The notes beneath the pieces were generated by a model. It saw nothing but the letters and a program-made list of their open reading frames with translations. It searched no databases and was not told the DNA's origin. Source: a bacterium (GTDB lineage Bacteria; Electryoneota; Electryoneia; Electryoneales; Electryoneaceae). Taken from it: a stretch of 64,000 nucleotides of DNA. The stretch is from positions 3,776,001-3,840,000 of the forward strand of contig OY769902.1 in the NCBI GenBank assembly GCA_963669175.1, in the 5' to 3' direction. Of the stretch, positions 20,461 to 30,571 are shown in pieces. The translations under genes and the position numbers were made by a program. Positions within the stretch are counted from its first letter, which is position 1. Every line of letters starts with the position of its first letter.

Positions 20461-21999
20461 ATGTCAGAACACGATACACACGACAACAAGACTCCCGGGA
20501 TGCCAAGGGTCGATCAACTGCAGAAAGATGTCGAACAGTTTTTGAAGGAAAAATATGGGGATGGTGTGGTGATGGCCCAGGTCGATTCACTCGGTAGTAA
20601 GGAGACCAGCGCTGACGCCAAAGAGGATGACGATCTGGGCATTAAATTCGACATGACGCCGGAACAGCTTGAACGCTATCTGCGTCAATATGTTATTCGC
20701 CAACATGATGCTCTTGAAGTACTTGCGACCAAAATCGCTACTCATTTTAACCGGATGCGCTGGGAACGTGAAGAGGGGAAAGACCTGCCACGTATCCCCG
20801 GTCAGATCAAACCTAATATCCTGATGATCGGCCCAACCGGTGTCGGGAAGACCTATATCGTGAAGCTGATTGCGGAGCGTCTCGGTGTTCCCTTTGTCAA
20901 AGGGGATGCAACCAAATTCAGTGAGACCGGGTATGTCGGCGGTGATGTGGAAGATCTGGTTCGTGACCTGGTGAAAGCCGCCAAGGGGAACCTGAAGGCT
21001 GCCGAGTATGGTATTGTATACATCGACGAGATTGACAAGATCGCAGCCAGCCATGGCCTGGCCGGACCGGATGTCAGCCGCACAGGAGTACAGCGTAATC
21101 TGCTGAAACTCATGGAAGAAACGGATGTCGATCTGCGTGTTCCCCACGATCTCGCCAGCCAGATGGAAGCCGTCATCGAAACCCAGCGAACAGGAAAAGC
21201 GCCAAGCAAAAAGGTCAATACACGCAATATCCTCTTTATTGTATCCGGCGCTTTCAGTGGGCTGGACAAGATCGTCGAAAAACGGCTTAACCGGAAAGCC
21301 ATCGGGTTCCGTGATGATGAGGATGCGACAAAACAGAACCCTGATGATATCCTAAAAGATGTCACAACGGAAGACTTGATCAAGTATGGGTTTGAATCCG
21401 AGTTTATCGGACGTCTGCCGGTTATTGCGCGCCTTGAAGAATTGGACGTGAACGGTCTTTTCGAGATCCTGACCAATCCTTACAACGCAGTGGTACAGGG
21501 TAAAATCAGGGACTTCGCCGCCTATTCCATCGGTTTGAGTTTCAGCGAAGAGGCATTGCGCCTAATCGCGGAGAAAGCCCATGCAGAAAAGACCGGGGCA
21601 AGAGGATTGACACGCGTGGTAGAACGTGCGTTAATCCCCTTTGAAAAACGTCTGCCCTCGACCTCGATCCGGAAACTGCATGTAACCGTAGACATGATCG
21701 GCAATCCTCGCCAGGTTTGTGAAGACATGATCTTCGGGCAGTCCATGGAAAATGCGGTGGAGACCTTCGAGGAAAAAACCGGGATCAAGCTGAACATCTC
21801 CCCCGCTGCCAAACGCTGGCTGCAGGAACATATGGAAGATGGGAAAACAGCCGGGGATGTGCTGCTGGAGAAGCTGGACGGGTACGAACACGGCTTCAAC
21901 CTGTTGAAGAAAAACAGCTTGCAGGTTACCGCGAAATTGCTGGAAAATCCGAAAGATTACCTGGAAGACCTGATTAAAAAGAGTTTTCAGAAGAAGTGA
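20461..21999 (+). CDS. clpX: ClpX-like AAA+ ATPase lacking the N-terminal Zn finger, with a C-terminal extension
   Basis: GPTGVGKT, DATKFSETGYVGGDVE, IDEIDKI, DVSRTGVQ, IGF loop, EFIGRLPV, TGARGL. Confidence 0.75.
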   Translation: MSEHDTHDNKTPGMPRVDQLQKDVEQFLKEKYGDGVVMAQVDSLGSKETSADAKEDDDLGIKFDMTPEQLERYLRQYVIRQHDALEVLATKIATHFNRMRWEREEGKDLPRIPGQIKPNILMIGPTGVGKTYIVKLIAERLGVPFVKGDATKFSETGYVGGDVEDLVRDLVKAAKGNLKAAEYGIVYIDEIDKIAASHGLAGPDVSRTGVQRNLLKLMEETDVDLRVPHDLASQMEAVIETQRTGKAPSKKVNTRNILFIVSGAFSGLDKIVEKRLNRKAIGFRDDEDATKQNPDDILKDVTTEDLIKYGFESEFIGRLPVIARLEELDVNGLFEILTNPYNAVVQGKIRDFAAYSIGLSFSEEALRLIAEKAHAEKTGARGLTRVVERALIPFEKRLPSTSIRKLHVTVDMIGNPRQVCEDMIFGQSMENAVETFEEKTGIKLNISPAAKRWLQEHMEDGKTAGDVLLEKLDGYEHGFNLLKKNSLQVTAKLLENPKDYLEDLIKKSFQKK

Positions 22000-22255
22000 T
22001 TTTTACACCGAAGGTGTTGGCTATACCCAGTTTCAATAAGCAGGCGAAAATGGGAAACGACACAGCAGAATGGTCCCAGGCAGGAAAATGTCGGGACAGC
22101 CACCTTTTCGCAACAGGCTTTCCAGAAATCAATAACTATAAACTTAAATAATAGATACTTGGCATACTTCAATATATTCGTAGGCGAAAAGTGTGGCAGT
22201 CCCCATTTTCTCTGGATGCGCACTCAGAAGAAGTGATCTCTACACCGAAGGTGTT
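21987..22255 (+). repeat. 32-bp direct repeat of the clpX 3' end flanking a REP doublet
   Basis: TCAGAAGAAGTGATttttACACCGAAGGTGTT at 21987-22018 and 22224-22255 (2 mismatches); inverted pair 22084-22111/22184-22210 lies between them. Confidence 0.85.
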
Positions 22256-22412
22256 ATAGAAAGATCTTCACCCCGGGTGCGCGCCAGAAAGACGGCACGT
22301 ACACGGTTGTGCTTCGCACACCACAAGCTTCGCTACGGTTCAAGCCTGGGATGACATGATGGAACATTTATTTTTGATCAACACTTTATTTTCAAAATGA
22401 GTTCCAATATCA

Positions 22413-22613
22413 TCATTTCCCATCCCCATCTTCCAACCTGCTTCCCAGGGATTCTTTTTTCTGCTTGATCTGTAAACGTCCCTTCAGACGGCAGGTACAA
22501 CACCTTTTCCCGTCAGGCTGTTGTCCGTCCGGCGCACACGTACATGTTTCCGGGTTGTGAGGACACCGGATGCATACCGGGTCCAAACTACCATCACTTC
22601 GCCTTTGCGGCAT
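22413..22613 (-). CDS. Possible small Cys-rich protein
   Basis: 66-aa ORF with 7 Cys (CxxC, CxC, CCxC) and an AAGGA-like RBS; no family recognised. Confidence 0.35.
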   Translation of the reverse strand: MPQRRSDGSLDPVCIRCPHNPETCTCAPDGQQPDGKRCCTCRLKGRLQIKQKKESLGSRLEDGDGK

Positions 22614-22808
22614 CTCTCATCCTTCTATCTATGTGGGAAACTGTTGGTAAAACTGTGATTTCCTGCTGCACATTACAACACAGCCATGTAGCATCCTGAG
22701 ACATTTTACCACCACATTAGATGCAATACAATTAAATCACAACATGTTAGTTACGGAATAGTTTTTGCGTTTTATTCGAAAACACACCAGTGTTCCAGGG
22801 AGTCGGAC

Positions 22809-25232
22809 ATGCTGAAAAACTTCTTCGTTGTAGCGTGGCGTCAGTTCTATCGTAACCTGTTCTATTCCAGCATCAACCTGCTGGGTTTCGCGATTGGCCT
22901 GGCTGTCTGTCTCATCATCTCGTTTTACGTGTATGATGAACTCAGCTTTGACCATCATTTCCAAGATAAACACCAGATTTACCGTCTACTCACGGTGGAT
23001 AATACCGCTTCCGCCAGTGGGAGAGTCTATGCCATTACCTCCGGGCTACTCTCTGAAGCTGCGGTAAATGAAATCCCGGAAGTTCTTTACGCTACCCGAC
23101 TCGGCGGCGGCGGTCAATTCCCGCTTCGACTGGCTGATATCGATTCCACAGCCGACCCGGAAGCGGTGGTACAATTACGGATTCTTACAGCCGACTCCTT
23201 CTTCTTTGATGTTTTTACCATGAATTGGATCTATGGAGATCCGACCACGGCTCTCCGTCGTCCGGGTAGTTATATCATCACCGAATCCAAATCACGTGAG
23301 ATATTCGGCGATATCAACCCGGTTGGAAAACCTGCCGTCACTCCGGGTAATCCGGACGGTCACATTGCGGGTGTGATTAAGGATCAGCCGGTAAACTCGC
23401 ATCTCCAGTTCGATGTCATCACACCATTGATCATCAATGAACAATTGGAAGTCTGGTGGCGTTCCTGGGATAACATCGCAGGATCAGCTTATTTCAAGCT
23501 GGTTGAAGGCGCTGATCCAAGGGAAGTTGAAGAGAAGCTCGAAAAAATCGGACACAGCAACGGCTTTGCGAAGGTGTTCATGCCACGCCTGCAAGCCCTC
23601 CTCGACATTCATCTTGGCTCGGCTGACTTCAAGTATGACTTTACCAATTTCAGCAAGAATGATCGTGTACGGATCTATGCGTTGGCGCTGGTTGCCATCC
23701 TGGTGCTGCTGATTGCCACGGTGAACTTTATCAACCTGTCAACAGCACGCGCCGCCAAGCGTGCGCGTGAAGTAGGTATGCGTAAAGTTGTCGGCGCGGA
23801 TCGTGTGCAGGTTGCGTGGCAGTTCCTTGGCGAATCGATCCTTATCACCCTGGTCGCCATGTTTATTGCCATGATCGCCGCAGAAATCGCACTGCCTGCA
23901 CTGAGTCCGCATGTGGGCAAGAATCTTTCTGTCGGTTTCCTGCATCGTCCCCTGCTATCCCTGGCCCTGTTTGGTGGTGCGGCTCTGGTCGGGCTTTTAT
24001 CAGGCGCTTATCCCGCACTTGTGCTTTCGGGTTTCCGCCCAATTGTAGTCCTGAAAGGCGATTTCAGGTTTGGCAGGCAAGGCGTTCTCCTTCGTCAATT
24101 CCTTGTTGTAGGTCAGTTTGCGATCACCATCGGTCTGATCCTGGTCGTGTTGTCTGTAATGGCGCAAATCCGTTATCTGCGTAATGTTGATATGGGCTAT
24201 ACCCGTGCGCAAGTATATGCTATCCCGACGTTTAACCAGGTAGTCGGTCCACATCGTGATGCCTTTGCGGACAAGCTTCTGACCTTGCCGGGTGTTGAAT
24301 CGCTGGGTAGTTCCTTCCAGTTACCGACATTTGGCGGTGATATGCTCCGCATTGAGTGCGTTCCTGAAGGGATGGACCGTGAAACCCAGGCGATCATGTT
24401 CAAGCAGGCGGTGATTGATCAGGACTTCTTCCCCACTTTACAGGGCGAAATCAGTGCTGGACGAAATTTCAGCAATGATTTTTCAGCCGATACAACAGAC
24501 GGCATCCTGATCAACGAGACCGCGGCGCGCACGATGGGTTGGGATGATCCGATAGGAAAACGACTGGACCTGATCCAGGTGGATACCAGTGTTGATCCAA
24601 AACGTGTTATCGGCGTTTTCAAGGACATCCATTTCGGCAACGCCCGTCAGGCAGAAGAACCGATGCTCATGCTTTACAACACTGAGCGCTGCGGTTGGCT
24701 GGTTGTTCGCATTCGTGGCGGAATGATTCCGGAAACAGTGCAACAGATCGAAGAATCCTTCCATGAGATGTTCCCGGATCTTGAGCAATTCAACGGTAAC
24801 TTCCTGGATGATTACTTCAATTTCCAGTTCCAGGGCGACCGTCAATTCGCGACCGCGATGTCGGTGTTTACCGGATTGGCAATCCTGATCGCCTGTCTTG
24901 GTTTGTTCGGACTGGCAGCCTATGCCGTGCAGCAACGCAGACGTGAAATCGCCATACGCAAAACCCTTGGCGCCGGTGAAAGCCGTCTCGTCTCCATGCT
25001 GGCGTTCGACTTTGTCAAATGGGTATTGCTGGCGAACCTGATCGCATGGCCTGTCGGGTATTATGCCGTCCAGAAATGGCTGGAGGCATTTATCTACCGG
25101 ATGCCGTTTTCTCCGTGGCCGTATCTGCTTTCAGGTGTCGGCGCCATGGTCATTGCCATGCTGACAGTATTGATTCAGTCCATACGTGCCAGTCGTACCA
25201 GTCCGGCAATGGTATTGCGCAGGGATTCCTGA
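22809..25232 (+). CDS. MacB/FtsX-family ABC transporter permease (duplicated architecture)
   Basis: NFINLSTARAAKRAREVGMRKVVGA and LGLFGLAAYAVQQRRREIAIRKTLGA. Confidence 0.92.
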   Translation: MLKNFFVVAWRQFYRNLFYSSINLLGFAIGLAVCLIISFYVYDELSFDHHFQDKHQIYRLLTVDNTASASGRVYAITSGLLSEAAVNEIPEVLYATRLGGGGQFPLRLADIDSTADPEAVVQLRILTADSFFFDVFTMNWIYGDPTTALRRPGSYIITESKSREIFGDINPVGKPAVTPGNPDGHIAGVIKDQPVNSHLQFDVITPLIINEQLEVWWRSWDNIAGSAYFKLVEGADPREVEEKLEKIGHSNGFAKVFMPRLQALLDIHLGSADFKYDFTNFSKNDRVRIYALALVAILVLLIATVNFINLSTARAAKRAREVGMRKVVGADRVQVAWQFLGESILITLVAMFIAMIAAEIALPALSPHVGKNLSVGFLHRPLLSLALFGGAALVGLLSGAYPALVLSGFRPIVVLKGDFRFGRQGVLLRQFLVVGQFAITIGLILVVLSVMAQIRYLRNVDMGYTRAQVYAIPTFNQVVGPHRDAFADKLLTLPGVESLGSSFQLPTFGGDMLRIECVPEGMDRETQAIMFKQAVIDQDFFPTLQGEISAGRNFSNDFSADTTDGILINETAARTMGWDDPIGKRLDLIQVDTSVDPKRVIGVFKDIHFGNARQAEEPMLMLYNTERCGWLVVRIRGGMIPETVQQIEESFHEMFPDLEQFNGNFLDDYFNFQFQGDRQFATAMSVFTGLAILIACLGLFGLAAYAVQQRRREIAIRKTLGAGESRLVSMLAFDFVKWVLLANLIAWPVGYYAVQKWLEAFIYRMPFSPWPYLLSGVGAMVIAMLTVLIQSIRASRTSPAMVLRRDS

Positions 25233-25250
25233 CAATATTTTGATTTTCGG

Positions 25251-25284
25251 AAAGGGGACTGACGCAATGCTGTCTGTCCCCTTT
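25251..25284. repeat. REP-like hairpin (AAAGGGGAC...GTCCCCTTT family)
   Basis: Same arm motif as the hairpins at 31959-32199 and 52598-52837. Confidence 0.6.
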
Positions 25285-25404
25285 TGCATACTTCCCGGCC
25301 AGGCATGGCCGGGCTACAATGTCGAACCAAACGATCTCCTCCAATTTGAATTCTTCCCGATTCTTCAGTACACTCCACTGTTCTACCAACCCAGTGGAGG
25401 AGCC

Positions 25405-27012
25405 ATGCGTTCGTTAATCCTGTCAGGAATCCTGATTCTATCCCTCATATTCGGAATACTGCCCGCCTTTGCTACGCCCGGCGATATATTACAGGCTTTT
25501 CCGCTGCCAACCGAACACGCAACCGGTCTGACCTATGACGGGAAACACTTCTGGGTAGCCGACCGTCTGACCGATTCCTTGTACGCCCTGAATCCGAAAA
25601 ACGGAGCGGTTGTCCGTCAACTTCCGTCGCCGGGGTTTATCCCACGCGGGCTGGCATGGGACGGCAAATACCTGTGGTGTGTGGATCAGAACGAACAACG
25701 CATCCTCCAGCTCGATACGAAAACCGGCGAGACCATTCACAGCGTGGAATCCCCAACATCCTCAATTCAGGGGATTACCTGGGATGACGGTACCCTGTGG
25801 ATCGTAGATGACCGTGCTGATGTCCTCTGCCAGATTTCACCCACTGATGGCACCACAATTGAAGAATTCCGCGCTCCGAACGGCCATTCCACGGGTTTGA
25901 CCATGTGGCGTGACTATCTGCTCTGTGGCGACCGTACCGAAAACCGTATCTACCTGATCGACCCAAAACATGATGGCGAAGTTATTTACAGCCTTCCCGC
26001 ACCGGGAGAATATGTTCGTGGTCTGACAACAATCAAGGAAACGCTCTGGGCGGTTGATTTCCAGACGGACAGCCTTTACGCCATCGAAGTGGAAGGCAAT
26101 GACTGGATACGTACATCGGATCGTCACCCCCTGGAACTCACCCTGATTCACGAGTTTATCAACTATGGTCCCGGTGACGTGACCAGCGCGGATATTCACA
26201 TCGCAGTACCTCGTACCCTGCCATCGCAAAATATCCTGGAAGGGCCGACATTTACCCCTGAACCCGACGAGATCATTGAGGACAACTGGCATCAGAAAGT
26301 CGCTGTTTTCCATCCCTCTTCTACGGACTTGTCGGAACGTACCCGCATACAAATGAGAGTCGCGGTGGAGTTAAGCGCCGTGGAATGGTATGTCCTGCCG
26401 GATAAGGTTGGCACATTGGACGAAATTCCCGGTGACATTGCAGACATGTACCTTGCTGATGGAGATAAATTCAGGATTCACGATCCCCGCATCCAAAACG
26501 CGGTACGTGAAGCGATTGGTGATGAGACCAATCCCTACTGGATGATGCGTGGGATTCACAAGTTTATCCGTGAACGCTTGCATTATGAGCTTTCCGGCGG
26601 TTGGAATGTGGCGCCACGCGTGCTGGAACGTGGCAACGGTTCCTGTAGCGAATACACCTTCGCGTTTATAGCGATGTGTCGTGCGGCGGGAATCCCGGCG
26701 AGGTATGTAGGGGCCGTAAGCAACCGTGGCGATGAAGCCTCCACAGATGATGTCTTCCATCGATGGAGCCAGGTTTATTTCCCCGGTTATGGCTGGATTC
26801 ATGTGGACCCGCAGGGCGGCGACAAGAGTAAGCCCGCGGATATCGCCGGCTTCATCGGCCACATCGCCAACCGGTACCTGATCACCACTGAAGGCGGTGG
26901 CGGTTCGAACCTGCTGGGCTGGAGTTATAACTACAATTCCAACTGGAAGGCCAAAGGTCCGGTGAAAGTGTATACGGAAGTCTTCGGTGAATGGCAACCT
27001 GTGGTTAAATAG
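25405..27012 (+). CDS. Secreted transglutaminase-like protein with N-terminal beta-propeller
   Basis: GGAGG RBS, signal peptide, GL(T/A)(Y/W)DG..LW repeats; catalytic triad motifs GSCSEY, FHRW, HVDP. Confidence 0.85.
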   Translation: MRSLILSGILILSLIFGILPAFATPGDILQAFPLPTEHATGLTYDGKHFWVADRLTDSLYALNPKNGAVVRQLPSPGFIPRGLAWDGKYLWCVDQNEQRILQLDTKTGETIHSVESPTSSIQGITWDDGTLWIVDDRADVLCQISPTDGTTIEEFRAPNGHSTGLTMWRDYLLCGDRTENRIYLIDPKHDGEVIYSLPAPGEYVRGLTTIKETLWAVDFQTDSLYAIEVEGNDWIRTSDRHPLELTLIHEFINYGPGDVTSADIHIAVPRTLPSQNILEGPTFTPEPDEIIEDNWHQKVAVFHPSSTDLSERTRIQMRVAVELSAVEWYVLPDKVGTLDEIPGDIADMYLADGDKFRIHDPRIQNAVREAIGDETNPYWMMRGIHKFIRERLHYELSGGWNVAPRVLERGNGSCSEYTFAFIAMCRAAGIPARYVGAVSNRGDEASTDDVFHRWSQVYFPGYGWIHVDPQGGDKSKPADIAGFIGHIANRYLITTEGGGGSNLLGWSYNYNSNWKAKGPVKVYTEVFGEWQPVVK

Positions 27013-27027
27013 TCCTGCTATATGGGA

Positions 27028-27070
27028 GAATTTACAGGATGAGAAGGATGGAAAGGATGAACAGGATGAA
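27028..27070 (+). repeat. GAATTTACAGGAT-(N3-AGGATG)n 9-mer repeat module, copy 1
   Basis: Related copies at 30326-30367 (+) and 35075-35116 (-). Confidence 0.75.
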
Positions 27071-27130
27071 CTGCTAAATGCTTAATTCTATTAAAGATTT
27101 TGTATTGCTTTAGATAGAAGTTTCAACACT

Positions 27131-27499
27131 ATTGGCCCCGACGGCTTGAAGCAAGCTGTAGCGAAGCGGAAGCTGCTGCCCGGCGGGGTTTATTTTAAAT
27201 GAATTAAAGGAGTTAGTCCGCTTTCTGTGTTTACTATTAGCAAGCTGGGTTTCTCTACTAATAAGTACAGATCGCCGCAAGAAGACACGTGCTTACCTGC
27301 ATGGCCCGATGCGCGTTATGCACGTTTTCCATTTAATAGACTGCGGGCTAGTTATCCGTTTCTGGGAAGCAGGAAAGACTTCCAAGCGCGTCGGGATTAG
27401 CTCCTTTACTACTGGTGGTATAACTCTCACGTTAGAATAAACCCCGCCGGGCAACGGCCTTCTCTTCGTTCCGGCACGTTTCAAGCCGGCGGGGCCAAT
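27131..27499. repeat. REPIN-like inverted pair of ~68-bp elements
   Basis: 27131-27198 (ATTGGCCCCG..GGCTTGAA...CCCGGCGGGGTTTATTTTAA) and inverted copy 27432-27499; third copy at 30479-30548. Confidence 0.8.
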
Positions 27500-27616
27500 T
27501 GATTCCCGACAGCAAGCAGTCGGGCCAAACGTCCGATTTATTTCAGGGGCCAATTGGTGTATTCATCCCTGATAGTATGGTCACAGTAGAAGGCTATACA
27601 GTACCTCTATCATCGA

Positions 27617-30142
27617 TCAGAATTCATACCGCACACCCAGAATCCAGAACTGTTCCATCTGGTGGTTTGTTTCCTTTTCGCCATTTTCCTTGTAGGAATA
27701 GCTGGCGACATTCTTCCAATCCAGCACATTCTGCATTTCCAGGTACAGGATCAGTGCGCTGCTGCCGAAATAATGCTTGTCATCGATACGGATATCCCAG
27801 CGTGAATAATCCGGGAAACGAGAACCGTTGTGTTCGCCGTTTTCCCAGTGCGCCTCGTAGATCGGGTCCGGCGAGTCCTGTCCTTCAGCGTACCATACCA
27901 TATCGGTATAGGGACGTCCGCTCATGTACCGGTAGCGTGTTGAAAAGGTGATCTCATCTCCATTCAACGGCAGCGCCCACAACCACCAGCCCCACGGTTT
28001 GTGCAGGAAGTTTCTGTACCCGGAATGCGTGATAAGCGCGGTCTTGTAGCCCAGCGTGCTGGACAGGACATGACGGTAATCGTAATCGGGTGAATAGGTT
28101 CCGTAAGCCGGGTCTTTCGCCTCCGATTCGCCGTAAGAATAACTCAGGGTGCCGTACCAGTTGGTGAACAGCTTTTGCTGGGCGAAGAACTCCACACCCC
28201 AGGCCTGCTTGGTCTTTTCGGTCAGCCAACGGTCACTTTGGAAACGATCATCCCCGGTCTGCACACGCACCACTTCCTCTTCTTCCACCAGCAGGTCGGT
28301 GTAATCCTTGAGATATCCTTCCAGGGAGAAAAACGAGGATTCACGTGGCTGGTAATTCACGCCAAAGATGTATTGATCCGCACGGCTGTAGGGCAATTCA
28401 CGATTCCATCTCCGTCCCGCTTCGTTCATATACACCGACTCGTCCTGCGACTGGAAATACACGCCATAAGCTGCGCTGACTGTCCAACGTGGCACAACTT
28501 CCCATACGACCGAAGCACGTGGTCCGATAGCGTTTTGATGAGCATAGTCGATGCCGTCATGACGCAGCCCGAGCGTCAACGCCACATGATGCATCGGTTT
28601 CCAGGTGTATTGCAGATAGCTGGCATATTTCAGTGCGTGTTCGGTAAGGTCTTCGCTATGATCATCGTAGTAGAAAGTGTCCGGATCAGTTCCAGCGTCA
28701 ACACCTAAATAATCATCGTTGTAAATGATGCTGTCGCCTTCAGCGAAATAAGTGTATTCATAAGTAACCGGTTTCAGGCTGAAGCCCGCAGCCCAGGTGT
28801 CCTGCCCAAAGGCTTTGCCGTTCCAGCGAAAATGAAACTGGTCGGCGATATCAGTACGTTGATGCTCCAGTTCACGATGGTGGTAAAAACCTCCGGCAGA
28901 TCGATCACGCATTTCATAGTATTCCCAGTGGGTATAGGCCACAGATCGAGCCAGAACGATATCCGTATACCCAGCACCCCACAGGCTGCGTAAACGAGCG
29001 CCATAAAAATGACGTTCTGTATTCAGTCGAAGGCCGTCATTATCCTCTTCATCCTCCATTTTCCGCAGGTCTTCATCGCTGGGGCTGTTCTCTACCACAT
29101 CATCGAGGTAGAGAGCGTTTACGGTCAACTTGTGACGTGGCGAAAGGTCATAGGTCACCTTGGCCTGGGTGCTCCAGTAATCCGGCCATGAACTGACTCC
29201 GGCGGCTTCTTCGGGCAACAGCTCGAGGTAGGCTTTTTTGATCGAAACCAGGAATGATCCCTGTTTCCCCGGCAACGGTCCCTCGGCGTACCCACCCGCG
29301 CCGGACATACCCAAGTCTACTTCTCCACCGAAGCGATCACGGTTGCCTTCTCGCATTTCCAAGTCAAGCACGCTGCTCATCCGGTCGCCATGTTTGGCTG
29401 AGAAACCGCCGGAAGCGAAGGTAACATCCTGTAGAAACTCCGTATTCAAGCCGTTGATCGGGCCACCACTCCCCTGCCCTTCGTTCCCGATGGTCAGGTG
29501 ATTGGTGTTATTCACTTCGATGCCGTCAATGATGGTCAGGTTTTCGTTGGGAGCGCCACCACGCACAATGATCGCGTTGTCATTATCATCCTGGGTTACC
29601 ACGCCCGGCAACCCCTGTAGCGTGCGTTGCACATCCTCCAACGCTCCCGGCGCACGTCGAACTTCTTCATAGCGCATGTTCCGCGAGGAAGTCGGCATAT
29701 CACTGGTAACAACTCGCTGCTTGTGTTTGGTGTAGGTAACTTCATCGCCCTGCAATACTGTGGGCTCGAGCAGGAAATCAACCGTTCGGATACGTCCCGG
29801 TGAAACTGCTACCTCTGTTATGAGATGTTCCCGATACCCCAACGCACCCGCTTTCAGATGGTACGTGCCAGCAGGTAAGAACTGGATAGTGAACAATCCG
29901 TCCAGGTCGGAAGCCGCGCCGCGTCCGGTTCCCACGACAATAATGTTCGCGGAGGGGATCGGTTCACGTGTTACCGCATTCAACACTCTTCCGGTTATTG
30001 TTCCTGTCTTTGCCTGCTCCTGGGCATGGGCGCCCTGCAACAGGGAAAACATCAGGATGAAGCCCCAAAATCGGTTCAGCTTTGTATAGACACGTTGGCT
30101 CGTGTTTTCAATCGTGCTCTGGCGAAACATGGTTTTCTCCAT
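27617..30142 (-). CDS. TonB-dependent receptor with N-terminal carboxypeptidase-regulatory-like domain
   Basis: GTITGRV...SDLDG.F.I, plug LPGVV...IVRGGAPNEN, GGFSAKHGDRMSSVLD, C-terminal GVRYEF. Start chosen at MEKTMF. Confidence 0.9.
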   Translation of the reverse strand: MEKTMFRQSTIENTSQRVYTKLNRFWGFILMFSLLQGAHAQEQAKTGTITGRVLNAVTREPIPSANIIVVGTGRGAASDLDGLFTIQFLPAGTYHLKAGALGYREHLITEVAVSPGRIRTVDFLLEPTVLQGDEVTYTKHKQRVVTSDMPTSSRNMRYEEVRRAPGALEDVQRTLQGLPGVVTQDDNDNAIIVRGGAPNENLTIIDGIEVNNTNHLTIGNEGQGSGGPINGLNTEFLQDVTFASGGFSAKHGDRMSSVLDLEMREGNRDRFGGEVDLGMSGAGGYAEGPLPGKQGSFLVSIKKAYLELLPEEAAGVSSWPDYWSTQAKVTYDLSPRHKLTVNALYLDDVVENSPSDEDLRKMEDEEDNDGLRLNTERHFYGARLRSLWGAGYTDIVLARSVAYTHWEYYEMRDRSAGGFYHHRELEHQRTDIADQFHFRWNGKAFGQDTWAAGFSLKPVTYEYTYFAEGDSIIYNDDYLGVDAGTDPDTFYYDDHSEDLTEHALKYASYLQYTWKPMHHVALTLGLRHDGIDYAHQNAIGPRASVVWEVVPRWTVSAAYGVYFQSQDESVYMNEAGRRWNRELPYSRADQYIFGVNYQPRESSFFSLEGYLKDYTDLLVEEEEVVRVQTGDDRFQSDRWLTEKTKQAWGVEFFAQQKLFTNWYGTLSYSYGESEAKDPAYGTYSPDYDYRHVLSSTLGYKTALITHSGYRNFLHKPWGWWLWALPLNGDEITFSTRYRYMSGRPYTDMVWYAEGQDSPDPIYEAHWENGEHNGSRFPDYSRWDIRIDDKHYFGSSALILYLEMQNVLDWKNVASYSYKENGEKETNHQMEQFWILGVRYEF

Positions 30143-30325
30143 CAATGATCTTCCAGAATTGAAAAAAGGTTCTCCGGTTGACTCCGGATGATGGAAGATC
30201 AGCGAAACGAAGATGTAAATCGCCCGGTCCCATCGGTCTGGACCTGTTCTTCGGGAGTCATGGACGTCCAAGAGGAAGGTCCGAATGCTCGGGAAGGTTG
30301 TTAATGAAGAGGTTAGGATATGCGT

Positions 30326-30548
30326 GAATTTACAGGATGTAAAGGATGTGAAGGATGAAAAGGATAACGGCGATACCTTGAGGAGCTGAATACACAAGAA
30401 TCCGTGGTTGGATAATGAATGACTCAGTCGCTGTTCAAGCTGTTTTGTTTCACGCAAAGGCGCAAAGAAAAGATATGTATTGGCCCCGCCGGCTTGAAGC
30501 ACGCTGTAGCGCAGCGGAAGCGGCTGCCCGGCGGTGGTCTATTCTAAC
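30326..30548 (+). repeat. AGGATG repeat module plus 70-bp REP element (second composite copy)
   Basis: Same order and orientation as 27028-27198. Confidence 0.75.
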
Positions 30549-30571
30549 TAGAGAAGAAAGTCCTTCAGTCT

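Noticed and set aside
30143-30502. N-terminal extensions from the ORF track (TonB receptor; also dnaK, transglutaminase, folD, purC, CMD)
   Set aside because: They run through repeats, promoters or neighbouring genes; downstream starts fit RBS or family N-termini better.
27131-30548. Integron attC cassettes
   Set aside because: TAAC/GTTA ends are not arranged as RYYYAAC...GTTRRRY within one element, and there is no intI.
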